Assembly: GCA_030704615.1 (NCBI GenBank)
Contig: CM060731.1
Coordinates: 4,340,001-4,404,000, forward strand
Origin: Takakia lepidozioides
Lineage: Eukaryota; Plantae; Bryophyta
Reading direction: 5' to 3'
DNA length: 64,000 nucleotides
Positions 61,340 through 64,000 of this stretch are shown one piece after another; the first letter of the stretch is position 1; every line of letters starts with the position of its first letter. Both the position numbers and the translations under genes were made by a program. The notes beneath the pieces are model-generated. The model was not told the DNA's origin. It saw nothing but the letters and a program-made list of their open reading frames with translations, and searched no databases.

Positions 61340-64000
61340 ATGAGGAGACCAAGACCTGTAGAGAAGCCACTAGCAGGCTGGTTGGCAACCCATGGTAGCA
61401 AGGGAGGGGGGCGAATCTTAGGGGTCCCTCCAAAGCCTAGCTGTGGATCCTTTAAACTACCTTTACCACAATCTGCCGAAGAAACAATGAAAATTGTGTC
61501 TAGGAATGATTGTAAAAGTAGGGATCTTACAGGATGGGATGTGCATGCCCTCGAAAATGAGCAGAATCCTCAGTTCTTAAAACTTCAGGCTCATGCCTTT
61601 TTTACACCTCCGAGACTGCGAGAAGATGGTGCTCTCTGCAGCCAGGCGGCTCTGTCCCCAATCAGCGTAAATGCACTGGTGGGTTTAGTTTCTTTTGTCC
61701 AAGTTGCCACATCTCTATCGGTGCTTGAGTCGTCTTTTAAATTTATGGATTTAAGAGGAAAGGGGTATATGATCAATCACCCTCAATGCAGTGTTGTATT
61801 TACTCTCTCTCATCTGTGGGCAGTGCAATTTTATGTTTGCATGGCTAGCTCAAACTGTAGAGCACATACTTAGTTAAGGATTGAAAGATACCAGACCACC
61901 CAAGGGTCCAACCCCTGTAAAACTTGATAGTGTAGAGCAGTGTACTGAGCTCTACTTGTTTTAAGTCCCCCTTGTTTCTAAATGTTTTCGAATTGTGTCA
62001 TGTTGTGCCCTCTTGGAGATGAAGCCTCTGAAAAAGTGTGCTCCAATTAAAAGCTTGTTATCTCTTCTGCCATCATGGAGGGATTGGATAGTAATGGACT
62101 CAGATAAAAAATTCATATCTAAATTTCAAAGAATCTAAAGTTCAAGTAAGTGAGTGCATTCTACCTTGAGGCTGTTGGCCAACATGGCACTGAGTGATTG
62201 GCTTGGTGATATCTCTTGTGGTGAATGATGGTGGACCAGGAGGGGGGTGCCCTAGCATGCAGGCCGATGCAGACCTCACCTGCTGCTGCAGTGAAGCATC
62301 TGGTGGTTAGGTTGGCGATTTCTAAGCAAGTTGTGGGGATGCCAGGAGATCTTATAACACTGAAGAATCTTGGTATGCGGTGCTCTCCTAAGCTACCCAC
62401 TTTCCTACCAAGTCTGGCAGCTTCAGATGAAAATTGGAGAGAGTTTGAAATATGGTAGCAGTCCATAGGAAGCTTAAAGACTACATAAGTATTATGCATT
62501 TTATTTGAAGCCTGAAGGATCCCCTAGTGTTCAACATATTTTGTGGTAGAAGTAAAGTTCTAAGCGTCACGTAAAGTAGGGTCAGCTCTCCATCCGGACG
62601 CATAGGAGATTTTCTCTTTTAGTAGTTTACTCTCAGAGCTCTCTCTCTTTGGGTATTCATATGGATTTCTATTTGTGACACTGTTTGTTTTTTGTGCATA
62701 GCCATATCTTCTCTAGTTTTCCTGATTTATGCATGGAACAGTGGGTAGTAACATGGAACTATGGGCATGTATGTAGGTGAGAATCTCCAAGTCAGCACAA
62801 GTTCAATATTCCCAGAGTGCAACACATCCGTTCATGACACAAGGGAAGGTATGTAACCTTTGAAGATGCAACGTTTAAATCCCATCTATTCTAGTGTACA
62901 AGGGATTGGACGCAATGGGTTAGTGAAGTATATTCGTTGGAATAGCTTCACAGTATCCTTGTTGCAAATAGATTGGAACCTATGCACAATACAATTACTT
63001 AGCACCATTCAGTAGTGGGGCATCATGGTACTATCCCCTAGAGAGGGAAAGGGTTATTCTGGGTGTAATTAGCACCTACGACCCGAAAACGAGCTGCTTT
63101 ACCATCTTAACAAGAGTGGCACTACAAAATTTCAAGTTTAGCACAGCTCAGCAGTCTTTGTTTTTGTTTTTCCATTGGACATGAAGTCTCCTGCGAGTTG
63201 TTTCAAGGTACTCACTGCAACATGCTCTTTTGAAAACAAAAGTTGAAGTAGGATGTAGAACCATAATGCATTATTCCTCGCTATAACCAGCATCAGTAAT
63301 CTTAATGATTGGACTGCAGAATGTGTGAAGGAGACAAGGGGTTCAAGGTCTGAGAACATGGTGAACTCAGTGGTTTTGAGCAATTCGTCCTTCCTTGCAA
63401 ACAACATGTGTATTGGCCAGAGCTTCAGCACTGACTCAAGCTCCAGCACTTATTGTACCATGCTAGGGCCTCACTCCTCTAATGGGACCTTTCAGCAGAT
63501 TAGCGTTACTGGTGAGATTCTGGCTGGCTGTCTGTAACCAAAGAAAGAAGAAATGAGATCATAAGCTGCGATATCTAGTGTGACTGCAGATTCAATTTAT
63601 TTTGCTGGAATGACTTTGATGACGTATTTCTGTAAATTGCAAACACGACATCAGCTTGAAATACCAAGGTCAAGTAAGTTAATAGCTAGTAATTTGGAAT
63701 GTCTACAGCGTGGTTTATCTCCTTCTCATCCTCATGGACTGCTATGCAATTGTGGGGCATAAAAGAATGCCCCAACTTTGCCTTCTACAAGTAAATTGGT
63801 GATGATGTTTGTCAATCTGCAGGCACTCTGCGGGGTCTCCCTCGTATCAATGAGAGTTCTAGTAGCCTGGAAAGCAGTGGACCTCAGGTGAATGATATTG
63901 CGCCTGGTATGCTGTCTGGAGGCAACAGTCTTAAAACTATCTTGGTCAGTCCGACAGTGAGCTCTGTTGGAGCAGTTGGTGCACCCAGGAGCCCTGCAAT
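61340..64000 (+). CDS. Probable exons of an unidentified Ser-rich protein gene continuing beyond the window
   Basis: Open segments bounded by plausible splice sites (~61340-61678, 62777-62848, ~63320-63512, 63823-64000). No recognisable domain. Confidence 0.3.

Overview
Eukaryotic, plant-type genomic DNA. The Phygy/OTA-like and chromoviral Ty3/gypsy elements and the intron style suggest a non-seed land plant, which is inference only. The window has two halves separated by a 500-N gap (41509-42008). 1-41508 is a dense nest of transposable elements: three CACTA-type right ends, one decayed En/Spm transposase, two copies of a Mutator (MULE) element (one with an intact spliced transposase and long palindromic arrays), a chromovirus, a gag fragment, pieces of a non-chromoviral gypsy family whose integrase runs in frame into a ~1500-aa extension, and LINE fragments. 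42009-64000 is genic: a complete 28-coding-exon O-GlcNAc transferase (SEC-type, ~988 aa, + strand) and probable exons of an unidentified gene. The most interesting signals are two unrelated TE-borne methyltransferase-like modules: a spliced beta-class DNA amino-methyltransferase-like gene inside a CACTA-like end (1-1966), and a chromodomain plus PCIF1-like adenine-methylase module in a LINE (27132-28713). Both copies are decayed, and both calls rest on motifs recognised by eye, so they need profile searches.
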